Notes under the pieces: model-generated
What the model saw: the letters and a program-made list of their open reading frames with translations, nothing else
Database searches by the model: none
Told to the model about the DNA's origin: nothing
Position numbers and translations under genes: made by a program
Assembly: GCA_964291315.2 (NCBI GenBank)
Contig: OZ219753.1
Location: 1,152,001 to 1,216,000 of the forward strand
Origin: Candidatus Poribacteria bacterium
Lineage (GTDB): Bacteria; Poribacteria; WGA-4E; WGA-3G
DNA: 64,000 bases
Direction of reading: 5' to 3'
Part shown: positions 18,615 to 28,200 of the stretch, in pieces
How the letters are laid out: every line of letters begins with the position of its first letter
Position numbering within the stretch: the first letter of the stretch is position 1

Positions 18615-20183
18615 TTAAAGCGAATATTGTCGCATTTCAGCAACACCAAGGGTTATTGTGTTCCATGCGGTGGGTTCATTGGTTCGTAGTCGCCACAAGA
18701 GCGTGAGAGGTGAATCACCACCGTTGTAGAAAGTTACTTCTGTGTGTTTTTCTGAACTGAGCAGAGGTCGCACTAGAGAGAGAAGAGACGATGGGTGATT
18801 CTGTTTGTCTCCGTGGCGGAGTTCCAGAAGTTGTGTTACCTTGCTTTGAACCTCGCGCGTTCCCAAAAGTAGGGGGCCGTAGCATGCAGTGACGGCACCT
18901 TGCCCCCAATTCCGGCCGTGTCCGGCTGCAATTGAACACACAGCACCGCCCATGTCTGCATGTTCGCGTCCGCCGCGTAACACCCGTCTTGCTATGTGTA
19001 GGCGCGTTGCGGCACTACGCAATGCCCGCATCGCGTAGGTAATCTCTCCTGTTACCTGATACGCCAATGTCAATGTAGCTGTTGAGGGTTCCCGGATGGG
19101 TTTTACGGAGCCGTCATCTGACCATTCCCCCCAGTACGCCATATCTGCTCGTTTTCCAACTCCGGGTTCTCGGCGGCGTATCTCTTGGGGGAAAATTAAC
19201 GCTAGCAGTTCAGGCGGTTTATCAGGAAGTTCCACTAATCCGGCACGGATTTCGTCGTCAAAACCGATGTCATGGAATGTCCAACGATAATAACTGAGTG
19301 CTGCCGCTGCTGGATCGTTATACGGGTCACACAACGATGTCACTAACGGTTCAACAATCCGTTTTGCTGCTGTTTTGAAGATGTCCTCGCCAGACAGCAG
19401 ATAGAGATCCCCCAAGGCATAAACAGCGCCAGAAGCCAGCAAAACCTCAATTCCAGCCAGCGGGTCACCCGGAACATGATGTGTACTAGCGACGAGTCTA
19501 TGCAAATTTTTTGTATGGACGGCGGTTTCATCAAGGCCTTCTCCGTTGAGTGTCCAGAGGAGCGGTATCGGGTCGGTGGCGGCAATCAGTCGTTCAGCTC
19601 GTTTTCTGCCGTATCGCAGCGCCCATGTCAGATAGCGTTTTTCGCCGGTCACCCGGTATGCGGCAATGGCGATGTGGATAAATCGAAAATGCTCCGCCAT
19701 TTCATAAGCGTTTTTTTCATCGTTTGCCACGAAGTGGCTCCCGATGTTGTAGCCGATGAATGTATCCTTTGTATAATCGTACCAGGGCGGGACTTCTGGT
19801 GCCCAATTCCCGATGTGTTCGGCAGCGTCTGTCAAGAGATGAATGGCTTCGGTATCTTCGGGTTTCAATCCGATGTAACGTGGCAGGAAAAACAGGAAAG
19901 GTTCGGGACCATGATGTGCTTCGGCTTTCGGTTCGTAGCCGTGGATGCAATAACGTTCCACCCATCCTTGCAGTGCCTCTTTCAGTGTATGGAAGTGCTG
20001 CAGAATAGTTGTATCGCCGGTGATTAGATAATGCGGAAACCATGCAAGGGCGTAGTTGGCCTCATCCTCACCGCCATCGTTGGGTCCCGGCGGATCAAGT
20101 AGCGTGCTCTGTTTGAGCCAGCGGCTCATTTCTGTCCTGAGCATGCTATAGGCGTCATAACATTCGTGAATAAGGCTGTTCAT
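18615..20183 (-). CDS. Hypothetical protein, probable alpha/alpha-toroid enzyme
   Basis: 522 aa with recurring helix-pair motifs (YLITGD, YRVTGEKRYL, YLLSGEDIF, YQVTGE) typical of six-hairpin folds; GGAGAGG RBS. Confidence 0.65.
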   Translation of the reverse strand: MNSLIHECYDAYSMLRTEMSRWLKQSTLLDPPGPNDGGEDEANYALAWFPHYLITGDTTILQHFHTLKEALQGWVERYCIHGYEPKAEAHHGPEPFLFFLPRYIGLKPEDTEAIHLLTDAAEHIGNWAPEVPPWYDYTKDTFIGYNIGSHFVANDEKNAYEMAEHFRFIHIAIAAYRVTGEKRYLTWALRYGRKRAERLIAATDPIPLLWTLNGEGLDETAVHTKNLHRLVASTHHVPGDPLAGIEVLLASGAVYALGDLYLLSGEDIFKTAAKRIVEPLVTSLCDPYNDPAAAALSYYRWTFHDIGFDDEIRAGLVELPDKPPELLALIFPQEIRRREPGVGKRADMAYWGEWSDDGSVKPIREPSTATLTLAYQVTGEITYAMRALRSAATRLHIARRVLRGGREHADMGGAVCSIAAGHGRNWGQGAVTACYGPLLLGTREVQSKVTQLLELRHGDKQNHPSSLLSLVRPLLSSEKHTEVTFYNGGDSPLTLLWRLRTNEPTAWNTITLGVAEMRQYSL

Positions 20184-20191
20184 GTCCTCTC

Positions 20192-21001
20192 CTACAAGAG
20201 CGATTTGAGGAACTCGATACTCTTTTTTGCGATGGTCGGCGGGTCTGGTTTGAAATCGAAAACTTCTGTTGAGACATAACCGCTATAGTTGATTTCTTTC
20301 AATGCTTCGATGATTGGTGGATAGTCCACATTGCCGGAACCTGGTAGGTAACCGTTGTCGTCGTTAGAGTGGAAGTGTGCGAGGTGCGTGGCGCAGTTAC
20401 GGATCTGCATGGGCATATCCAAACCTTCTTTGGCAGTGCTACAAACGTCTAGGATCATTTGGAAGTTAGGGTGATTCACAGCGTTTACCATTTCAACGGC
20501 ATTCTCGGGGTTCGTGATAAAATTTGTTTGGTCGCTTGACAATGGTTCCATACACAATATCACGTCCCTTTCACCGGCGATCAGTGCTCCTTGTGAAAAT
20601 GTATCTTGTGCGTAGCCCCATGCCTCGTCAAAAGAGAGCGGGTCGATTACGTTCCGTTGTTGTGGTGAGCCGATTACCATGACGCGTCCGCCTAAATCTG
20701 CACATAAGTGAATGAGCGCGAGAAAATAGTCGCGGGTTTCCTGACGGATTTCTGCCTCTGGGTGATTGATGTAAAGACCGGGCGGCGAGACAAGCAGCCA
20801 ATGGAGCCCGGCGATCTCTATTTTCGCCTTGTCGGCGGCTTTGCGGATGCGCGAACGTTCAGCGTCGCTGATGTCGGACACTGAGTCTGCTATCGTAAAG
20901 GGGGCGATCTCAACAGCCTCGTATCCCAATTCGGCGGCATAGGTGAAAACATCCTCTATTTTCCAATTTTCAAACATCTCGTTGCATATTGCTAGTTTCA
21001 T
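20192..21001 (-). CDS. Sugar phosphate isomerase/epimerase (D-tagatose 3-epimerase-like TIM barrel)
   Basis: Motifs MKLAICNEMF, GYEAVEI, GSP.QR, EPL, HFHSND, PGSG..DY and YVSTEVF. Confidence 0.85.
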   Translation of the reverse strand: MKLAICNEMFENWKIEDVFTYAAELGYEAVEIAPFTIADSVSDISDAERSRIRKAADKAKIEIAGLHWLLVSPPGLYINHPEAEIRQETRDYFLALIHLCADLGGRVMVIGSPQQRNVIDPLSFDEAWGYAQDTFSQGALIAGERDVILCMEPLSSDQTNFITNPENAVEMVNAVNHPNFQMILDVCSTAKEGLDMPMQIRNCATHLAHFHSNDDNGYLPGSGNVDYPPIIEALKEINYSGYVSTEVFDFKPDPPTIAKKSIEFLKSLL

Positions 21002-21240
21002 TTTGTTCCTCGTATTCATTTTTTCATTTATTTTATAAGGCTTTCTGTTTTTTGTCAAATTTTCACGCTCTAGCGCTATTCTTCCATTTTCTTATAGGGG
21101 CGGTATCGGTGCAAACTTCGTCAGCAGTAACGTATAGCGGATGAGGGCAGAAAATCATTTCGCAAACAGAAGGCGAACATGATATAATTATTTGCAACAA
21201 AGAGATTATACTATTTTTCGGCACCTAAGCGGGGGAAAAG

Positions 21241-22587
21241 ATGCATACCATTTTAGATCGTTATCACAAAACTTTTGTAAAAGACAAAGAGATGTCCGAT
21301 GCAGCAAATCAACTGTTTCCGGATGGCGTAACACACGATGGACGTTACATGTCCCCCTTTCCGATCTATATCACTGGTGCCCAAGGCTCGAAAAAATGGG
21401 GACTTACTGGTAAAGCGTTCGTCGATTATTGGGCGGGTCATGGTGCCCTCCTTCTCGGTCACAATCCGCGAGAGATCGTAGAAGCGGTGACAACACAGAT
21501 GCATCAAGGCACACACTACGGTGCTTGCCATCCGCTGGAATTGGAATGGGGTTCACTTGTGACGCAACTGGTTCCGTCGGCGGAGCGTGTTCGCTTTGTT
21601 AGTTCTGGTACGGAGGCGACGCTGATGGCGATCCGTCTTGCACGTACCTACACTGGAAAAAATAGAGTCTTAAAATTCGCTGGGCATTTCCACGGTTGGC
21701 ACGATAGTCTGATCTTAGGGGCGTATCCACCTTTTGATATGAGCGTTCCTGGTATTCCTAAGGGCGTGCGAGACACAACACTTTTATGCCCGCCAAACGA
21801 CCTGGATGCTGTCGAAACGTGGCTGAAAAAGGACAGAGACATCGCGTGTGTCATACTTGAACCGACGGGTGCCTCCTTTGGTGTTGTCCCGACCAATGGT
21901 ATATTTCTAAAGCAGCTTCGCGAGTTAACGGAAGCATACGGTGTCCTTCTGATTTTCGACGAAGTCATCACCGGTTTCCGCGTCGCGCCAGGTGGGGCGC
22001 AAGCGTATTATAACGTCACGCCTGATTTGACAACACTTGCGAAAATTGTAGCGGGTGGACTTCCGGGGGGTGCGCTTGTCGGTAAGAGGGAAATTCTTGA
22101 TCTGATTGCTATGAAGTCAGAGGCTGATGGTTTGAAAATGCCTCATCCTGGCACTTTTAACGCGAATCCGCTTTCCGCCTCTGCTGGCATTGCGATGCTC
22201 AATTTAGTTAAAACAGGTGATCCGAACAATCGTGCGAACGACACGGCGGCGCGGCTCCGCGCTGAACTGAACGCAGTTATAGACAGTTACAAGCTTGACT
22301 GGGTCGTTTATGGTGAATTTTCGGGGCTGAAGCTGCTTGTCGGGCACGGTGAAAAAGAGATGCGTACCTCCGACTTCGATCCGTATGCATGGGACTATCG
22401 GAAGTTGAAGGGCAGTGGTCATACGGATATGTTGACGCGTCTCCGATGTGGCTTGTTGCTCAACGGTGTTGATTTTCCTATTAATGGTGGGATGACAACC
22501 GCGGCCCATACAGCGGAAGACGTTACGGAAACGGTGGCAGCATTTGCGCGTACTCTTGAATGGTTGAAGGTAGAGGACGCGTTTTAA
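21241..22587 (+). CDS. Class III aminotransferase (glutamate-1-semialdehyde aminomutase-like)
   Basis: Motifs SGTEATL.AIRLAR, FHG, LIFDEVITGFR, PDLTTLAK and GTFNANP. Confidence 0.9.
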   Translation: MHTILDRYHKTFVKDKEMSDAANQLFPDGVTHDGRYMSPFPIYITGAQGSKKWGLTGKAFVDYWAGHGALLLGHNPREIVEAVTTQMHQGTHYGACHPLELEWGSLVTQLVPSAERVRFVSSGTEATLMAIRLARTYTGKNRVLKFAGHFHGWHDSLILGAYPPFDMSVPGIPKGVRDTTLLCPPNDLDAVETWLKKDRDIACVILEPTGASFGVVPTNGIFLKQLRELTEAYGVLLIFDEVITGFRVAPGGAQAYYNVTPDLTTLAKIVAGGLPGGALVGKREILDLIAMKSEADGLKMPHPGTFNANPLSASAGIAMLNLVKTGDPNNRANDTAARLRAELNAVIDSYKLDWVVYGEFSGLKLLVGHGEKEMRTSDFDPYAWDYRKLKGSGHTDMLTRLRCGLLLNGVDFPINGGMTTAAHTAEDVTETVAAFARTLEWLKVEDAF

Positions 22588-22603
22588 CAGAAAGGGATAC
22601 TGA

Positions 22604-23587
22604 ATGAAAACGATTACGTATCGCGATGCCCTCAAAGAAGCGTTGGCAGAGGAGATGCAGCGCGATGACACCGTGTTTATAATGGGTGAGGATATTGCTG
22701 AATACGGTGGTGCTTATAAAGTAACGGATGGACTTTTCCGGGAATTTGGGAAGGAGCGTGTCCGAAACACTCCTATTTCGGAGGCGGCTATCATCGGGAC
22801 GGCTCTGGGTGCAGCGGTTACAGGGATGCGGCCTGTTGCTGAGCTGATGTATATCGACTTCACGGCAGTGGGTATGGACCAAATCGTGAACCAAGTTGCA
22901 AAGATCCGCTATATGGTAGGTGGCCAACTCAATGTGCCCCTTGTCATCCGGACGCAAGGCGGTGCTGGTCGCTCCTCTGCTGCGCAGCATGCCCAGAGTC
23001 TGGAGGCGTGGTTTGTGCATATTCCGGGGTTACTCGTTATTATGCCTTCGACGCCCTATGATGCGAAAGGGCTCCTGAAGACGGCAATCCGGGATGACAA
23101 CCCGATCATGTTTATTGAGCACAAACTTCTGTATACTGAAGAAGGGGAGATTCCGGATGAAGAATACACAATTCCGTTGGGAGTTGCCGACATCAAGCGC
23201 GAGGGTAAGGATATAACGATTCTCGCGACCTCACGGATGGTCTTGCATGCGCTCGCCGCCGCGGATACACTTGCTGATGAGGGTATATCTGCTGAAATCA
23301 TTGATCCGAGAACACTGATGCCGCTCGATAAAGCGTGTATCCTCGACTCTGTCCGGAAAACGAATAGGCTGCTGATTGCCCATGAAGCGGTGGGTAGAGC
23401 GGGTTTCGGTGCAGAAATTGCCGCGCTCGTTGTGCGGGAAGCTTTTGATTATCTAGATGCCCCGATTGAGCGTGTAGCTGCGGAGCCAGTACCTGTTCCC
23501 TTCGCTCCGGTGATGGAGGATTTTGTTATTCCGGATGCCGATCAAATTTCTGATGCGGCCCGGAAGCTCGTCCGTTATGAAATCTAG
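22604..23587 (+). CDS. 2-oxoacid/acetoin dehydrogenase E1 beta subunit
   Basis: Motifs GEDI..YGG, RVRNTPISE, GMRPVAE, AAQHAQSLE and FDYLDAPI.RV. Confidence 0.92.
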   Translation: MKTITYRDALKEALAEEMQRDDTVFIMGEDIAEYGGAYKVTDGLFREFGKERVRNTPISEAAIIGTALGAAVTGMRPVAELMYIDFTAVGMDQIVNQVAKIRYMVGGQLNVPLVIRTQGGAGRSSAAQHAQSLEAWFVHIPGLLVIMPSTPYDAKGLLKTAIRDDNPIMFIEHKLLYTEEGEIPDEEYTIPLGVADIKREGKDITILATSRMVLHALAAADTLADEGISAEIIDPRTLMPLDKACILDSVRKTNRLLIAHEAVGRAGFGAEIAALVVREAFDYLDAPIERVAAEPVPVPFAPVMEDFVIPDADQISDAARKLVRYEI

Positions 23588-23658
23588 CCAATAAATTGTC
23601 CTGCCAAGACAGTGGTTCCGGGGTCCGTTGGCGATAGGGCATGGAATTTCTCCGAGAT

Positions 23659-24909
23659 CTACTCTGCTTCTGGCTTGTGCAGTTTCCGGTACATACGTGC
23701 CAAGTTGAAAGCTAGCGGTGCCCAGACGGTCGCCATCACTGTAGCCGTGATTGAGAAGGCGGCTCCCGGTATTGTCTTCACAGCTAGTTTCACTAATTCG
23801 ATAAGTGCAGCACTGCCACCTTTTGAGAAGCGATATCCGAAGGAGTCAATAATCTGTTTCACACGGTACCGAGAATCATAAGATAGCGGCATATAAAACA
23901 GTTCTTTGCCTGCCCGAAAAATCGAGTAATCTAGGGCTTTAAAAAGCGTATATGCTGCTGTTCCGGTCCGAAGTGAGGGTGATGCCGTTAGAGCGCAGCT
24001 GCTGACGAAGTGAACTATCGGAATACTGAGGTGAATGTACGGGAGGGCGACAAACCTGAGTGCGAGCGGTACAAGCAGCAGTTGCAAAACACCTGATGCC
24101 AACCCGAGATTCCCGTAGACGCCGCCGAAAAATGCGGTCCGCATATCTTTGTCAGATATTTCCGATTCAGCTAATCCGTTGAACCGGAGATCCAGTACAG
24201 TAGAGACCAGTTGTGTAGTTAATATGAGTAGCCCGATAAGAACCAAGTATCTGGAACGAAAGAGTGTTTTTACGCCGATATGCCCGAGTTGTCCTCCTGC
24301 CTCCTTTACGGTTGGTTTAGGCTCGCCCCCGAGCTTGTAAGCGGCAACACCGAGTATGGCTGTTGGGACGAGGGATGCTGCTGTGAACAACAGTAAGACT
24401 TCAGAACCTAACTTGGTTGCTAACCTATGTACAGACGTTCCACCGAGAAACGCTCCGATAGATCCAACAGCGCAAAAGGGACCATTAATTCGCTTTGCCT
24501 GCTCGGTTGTCAGTACACTGTTCACAAAGGACCAGAATTGTTCGATAACTATCACGATATATGCTTCACGAAACACGTAGATGATAGCTGCGGCGAAATG
24601 CAGTCCGCGTGCAAGTGCTGCGTAACATCCGAGAATTAAAATACCGGAAAAGAGGGAGGTTATTGCCAATGCCCGCGTGGCACCCTGCCATGAAAGGAGG
24701 CGGCCGTATCCGTACAGCATCACGATCATACTCGGTGGAACTGCTACCATCCCACGTGGCAGATTTTCTGCGCCATACGCTTCAATGAATAGAGAGGAAG
24801 ACACGGAACGGATGAATTCGTAGCCGAATAATACAAAACCTGCGGCTGCACTAATCGAGATAGCAGCAAAGATAAGGTCTCTTCGAAACATAGACTGAAT
24901 TGCCCTCAA
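23659..24909 (-). CDS. Npt1/Npt2 (TLC, ATP/ADP-translocase-related) nucleotide transporter family MFS protein
   Basis: About 12 TM segments; 'QFWSFVN...QAKR' and 'DYSI...KELFYMPL...RYRVK..ID.F.YRF.K' signatures. Exact start uncertain. Confidence 0.75.
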   Translation of the reverse strand: MRAIQSMFRRDLIFAAISISAAAGFVLFGYEFIRSVSSSLFIEAYGAENLPRGMVAVPPSMIVMLYGYGRLLSWQGATRALAITSLFSGILILGCYAALARGLHFAAAIIYVFREAYIVIVIEQFWSFVNSVLTTEQAKRINGPFCAVGSIGAFLGGTSVHRLATKLGSEVLLLFTAASLVPTAILGVAAYKLGGEPKPTVKEAGGQLGHIGVKTLFRSRYLVLIGLLILTTQLVSTVLDLRFNGLAESEISDKDMRTAFFGGVYGNLGLASGVLQLLLVPLALRFVALPYIHLSIPIVHFVSSCALTASPSLRTGTAAYTLFKALDYSIFRAGKELFYMPLSYDSRYRVKQIIDSFGYRFSKGGSAALIELVKLAVKTIPGAAFSITATVMATVWAPLAFNLARMYRKLHKPEAE

Positions 24910-24918
24910 TAAATCTAT

Positions 24919-25746
24919 CTAGCGTTCTGGAAGGTTATCCTCGGTTGGGCGTGGGTTATGCACCCAATGCCCACTTGGATCGCTGCCTCTGGCAACGATT
25001 GCGCGCTGGTTCCAATTGTTTGCGGCGCGCACATCGGGCGGCACAAAGCGCATGGTTAGTCCACAACGTCGGCGGTCGGACGTGTTTGGTTCAGAACCGT
25101 GCAATAGCAGGTCCGAATGCAGCGACATCTGACCGGCTTTCATCTCGAACGGCACAGGAGCCTCCCCGTATTGCAAGGGGTCATGTACGGTCTGACCGAG
25201 AACATTCTTTTCCGCAGCGGTGCTGCGTTCAAACGAGATTTGCCCGTGCAAATGCGATTTGGGAATAACGGTCATTGCGCCATTCTCAACTGCAGCATCG
25301 TCAATAGCAAGCCACACGGTCACAGTCTTGCTGGGTGATAGGGGCCAATACGAAGCGTCTTGATGCCAACTGACCTGCTTAACATCGCCTGGCATTTTGC
25401 AGAAGTAGTGTGTTCCCCAACAAATCAGTGTTTCACCGATCAGGTCTTGCACATAGTCCAGAATCCTGCTGTCTGTAACTAGATCGTGGAGCCCTGGGCA
25501 ACGGGTGTGCCACCCGTTAATGGCGTAGCTATTCATTCCCGCTGCCAACGCTTTTTCCATGAGTTGATCGAAGTAGGCTCGGTGTTTTGACATCTCGGCT
25601 TCAGAAAAGACATCTAACGGTGAAATAAATCCTCTTTCATTGAAGTGGTTGATGTGAGCAGGTGTTAAAGTCAACGGATTTTTGTTTTTAACCGGAAAGA
25701 ACTGTAGGGTTCTATGAAGTTCCGGCATCGCGTCGGTAATTGGCAT
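24919..25746 (-). CDS. Phytanoyl-CoA dioxygenase (PhyH) family protein
   Basis: Motifs WHQDASYW, VWLAIDD, ENGAM..IP.SH and HGS.PN.S..RR. Confidence 0.92.
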   Translation of the reverse strand: MPITDAMPELHRTLQFFPVKNKNPLTLTPAHINHFNERGFISPLDVFSEAEMSKHRAYFDQLMEKALAAGMNSYAINGWHTRCPGLHDLVTDSRILDYVQDLIGETLICWGTHYFCKMPGDVKQVSWHQDASYWPLSPSKTVTVWLAIDDAAVENGAMTVIPKSHLHGQISFERSTAAEKNVLGQTVHDPLQYGEAPVPFEMKAGQMSLHSDLLLHGSEPNTSDRRRCGLTMRFVPPDVRAANNWNQRAIVARGSDPSGHWVHNPRPTEDNLPER

Positions 25747-25839
25747 CGGCGTATCCTTGTTTTTTTTGCATAGATCAGAAATTTGTAGTATAGAGATAAT
25801 CCCAAATGTTCAGTGTTGAATATGTTCTTGTCCCCAAAA

Positions 25840-26217
25840 TTAGTCAAGTAATAAAACTCCAGATGCTAATAGGGAGCTAAATGCCAGGAACAGGTACGCT
25901 ATATTTGAATTCGAATGTTTTCCCGCAGTCGGGGCTTCCGATGCAGAATGACTCTGCTGAGCCTCTTCTTTAAAGATTGAGTATGTGGTAGTCGTAGATT
26001 CACTAAGTTTTACCCAAACTTTCTCTGTTTTTCCCGTTTCGGGGTTTTTTTGCGAATCCCATCCGCAACTTATCGACGTTGTTTCCGTTGCAGTCGGGAC
26101 ACCGGAAATAACATTTTCTGTTGCTTTTATTTTTGGGGGACCGGAACAACCCTGAAGCATGATGAACGATACAACGAAAATGGTGTAGTAGCAAACGATG
26201 AAAATCCCCTTTTTCAT
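25840..26217 (-). CDS. Hypothetical lipoprotein with hydrophobic C-terminus
   Basis: MKKGIF...LQGC lipobox; GGAG RBS. Confidence 0.55.
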   Translation of the reverse strand: MKKGIFIVCYYTIFVVSFIMLQGCSGPPKIKATENVISGVPTATETTSISCGWDSQKNPETGKTEKVWVKLSESTTTTYSIFKEEAQQSHSASEAPTAGKHSNSNIAYLFLAFSSLLASGVLLLD

Positions 26218-26549
26218 CTTCAACTCCTTTTTCATAGTGTGCTCTTGTTGAGAGTTTGGCCTGCGGCAACCCTCTCAGCAAGGACGTTGATGTGCTATGA
26301 TTGGTAAGCGACTAATGATACCTTCGGTATTGTAACAAAATTTAACTAGGAGGTCAAGTTGAATTTGTGGGGTTGGTAGAACATCTATCCCAGTCAGACG
26401 AAAAATTCGACTTGACATTTTAGGGCAAATAAGTTTATATTAATCAGATAGTGCATGAATGAACAAATTTCCACTCTTTCTGGCGTAAGGCGTACACGTG
26501 TACCTATGGCGACTTGTCTATTAGAAAAGGCGGAGAAAACAGGGAGAAC

Positions 26550-27533
26550 ATGGACGAAAAGCGAGCGAGTGGTCGTTACTACACGCGCGGGAACCCGTTT
26601 CGGCTAAACCCTTTCCGGGCGTGGGCAAAAGAGCTTGACTTAGAACGACAGATAATTTTAGAACCGTTCGCGGGTGCTGGGGACATTCCACGGCTGATTG
26701 AGGCATCACACTTGTGGTGTCGAGATTGGGCATTTTTTGATATTGAGCCCGGGGCAAAAGAGGTTGTGCGCCGCGACACACTTGCAGCCTTTCCTAAGGG
26801 GTTCGATGTGTGTATTACCAACCCGCCCTGGTTGGCACGTAATTCTGCAACTCGCCGCGGGTTGCCCTTTCCAGCGTCAACCGTTTATGACGATCTCTAC
26901 AAATATGCGCTTGAGCAGTGTTTGACACATTGTGGATGGGTGGCAGCGATTATTCCGGAGGCGTTCATCCGGAGCGGTCTGTTTCTGAAACGACTCCGCG
27001 ATTTTATCTCCTTAGTCCCGAAAATGCAACGGTCAGAAAGAGGAGAAATAAACAAAAGAGAGCTCTTGCCTATGTTTGAAGACACGGAGCATCCGGTTGG
27101 TCTTGCCCTCTTTACCCCGGACGCGATGCCGGATGTTAGGATATGGCGTAATAATCGGTTTCTTGGTGAGCTTAACGATTTGCGCAGACATCTTCCAACC
27201 CCATCTTCCAACCGCAGTATTGTATTCAATGAACGCAACGGAAACCTCGGTCTCATTGCAATAGATAATACTGTTTCTGCCTCTATCCGTTTTTGTCTGC
27301 CAGCAGAGTTGGGAAACTATCCTATCCGGTACCAGGGTCGCTTGATTACAAAAATTGGCGTGCCCTGGGGCGTGGATATAGATATACTCAATATGCGTTT
27401 AACAACAATTCGTGAAAAAACCCACGATGTTTTCCTGACAGCATTCATGGGGTTACGCCGTGATGGAAACTATCGACGGCGCTTAGATTGGGCGCTAGCG
27501 CGCTCAATTATCGCTAAGAGAGCTTCATTATAG
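26550..27533 (+). CDS. Orphan amino-DNA-methyltransferase-like protein
   Basis: YYT, LEPFAGAG (motif I), ITNPPW (motif IV), DLY; TTGACA promoter at 26412. Confidence 0.75.
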   Translation: MDEKRASGRYYTRGNPFRLNPFRAWAKELDLERQIILEPFAGAGDIPRLIEASHLWCRDWAFFDIEPGAKEVVRRDTLAAFPKGFDVCITNPPWLARNSATRRGLPFPASTVYDDLYKYALEQCLTHCGWVAAIIPEAFIRSGLFLKRLRDFISLVPKMQRSERGEINKRELLPMFEDTEHPVGLALFTPDAMPDVRIWRNNRFLGELNDLRRHLPTPSSNRSIVFNERNGNLGLIAIDNTVSASIRFCLPAELGNYPIRYQGRLITKIGVPWGVDIDILNMRLTTIREKTHDVFLTAFMGLRRDGNYRRRLDWALARSIIAKRASL

Positions 27534-27613
27534 CTTTGCTTGTCCTATTGATGACGTTCCGAAAAATGTTGAGAGGGTTCTAAAGATTTGAGGATGCAAG
27601 GCCTAAGATTTTA

Positions 27614-27973
27614 ATGATTAGACAGATGGTGATATCATCAATAGAGAGAAAGCAGGTGGGCAAAAGACTGGTTTGCCTGCTGCTCCTGCTGGCGCTCATC
27701 AGTGCCACAGGGTGCATACCCGGCGATGGAAAGCACACGCTTGAGAAACCTGCGGGGTTTTTCTGGGGCATTTGGCATGGATGGATTGCCCCCGTAGCAT
27801 TAATATGGGGGTTGCTGTTTAATCCAGATATCCGCCTCTACGAGCCCAACAACAGTGGTTGGGCTTACGACTTCGGGTTTTATATCGCTATCATCAGCGG
27901 TTTTGGTGGGATATCCTTCACACGCAACAAACGAAAACAGGCGAGTGTGAAAGCGAGCAGTGATTCTGAGTAG
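27614..27973 (+). CDS. Small membrane lipoprotein (AGFFWGIWHG...YEPNN.GWAYDFGF type)
   Basis: Lipobox ATGC and aromatic-rich motifs; start uncertain. Confidence 0.7.
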   Translation: MIRQMVISSIERKQVGKRLVCLLLLLALISATGCIPGDGKHTLEKPAGFFWGIWHGWIAPVALIWGLLFNPDIRLYEPNNSGWAYDFGFYIAIISGFGGISFTRNKRKQASVKASSDSE

Positions 27974-28200
27974 CAATTATTAGAAAACACTTGAAGCATT
28001 TTCCTACAACAGGCAGGTATTGTCTTGAGAAAAGAAGAAAATTTTTGAGCTGTGAGGTATTTGGGAGAGTGCTTGTTCTTAAATACGGACACGCTATACA
28101 GCGGTGTATTGTCCTTATACGAAACTCAGGCTAATATAATATAGGAAAGCTTGAAGACACCTAAATTCACATAATAGGGCAAACGAAGGAGAAAATTGGT

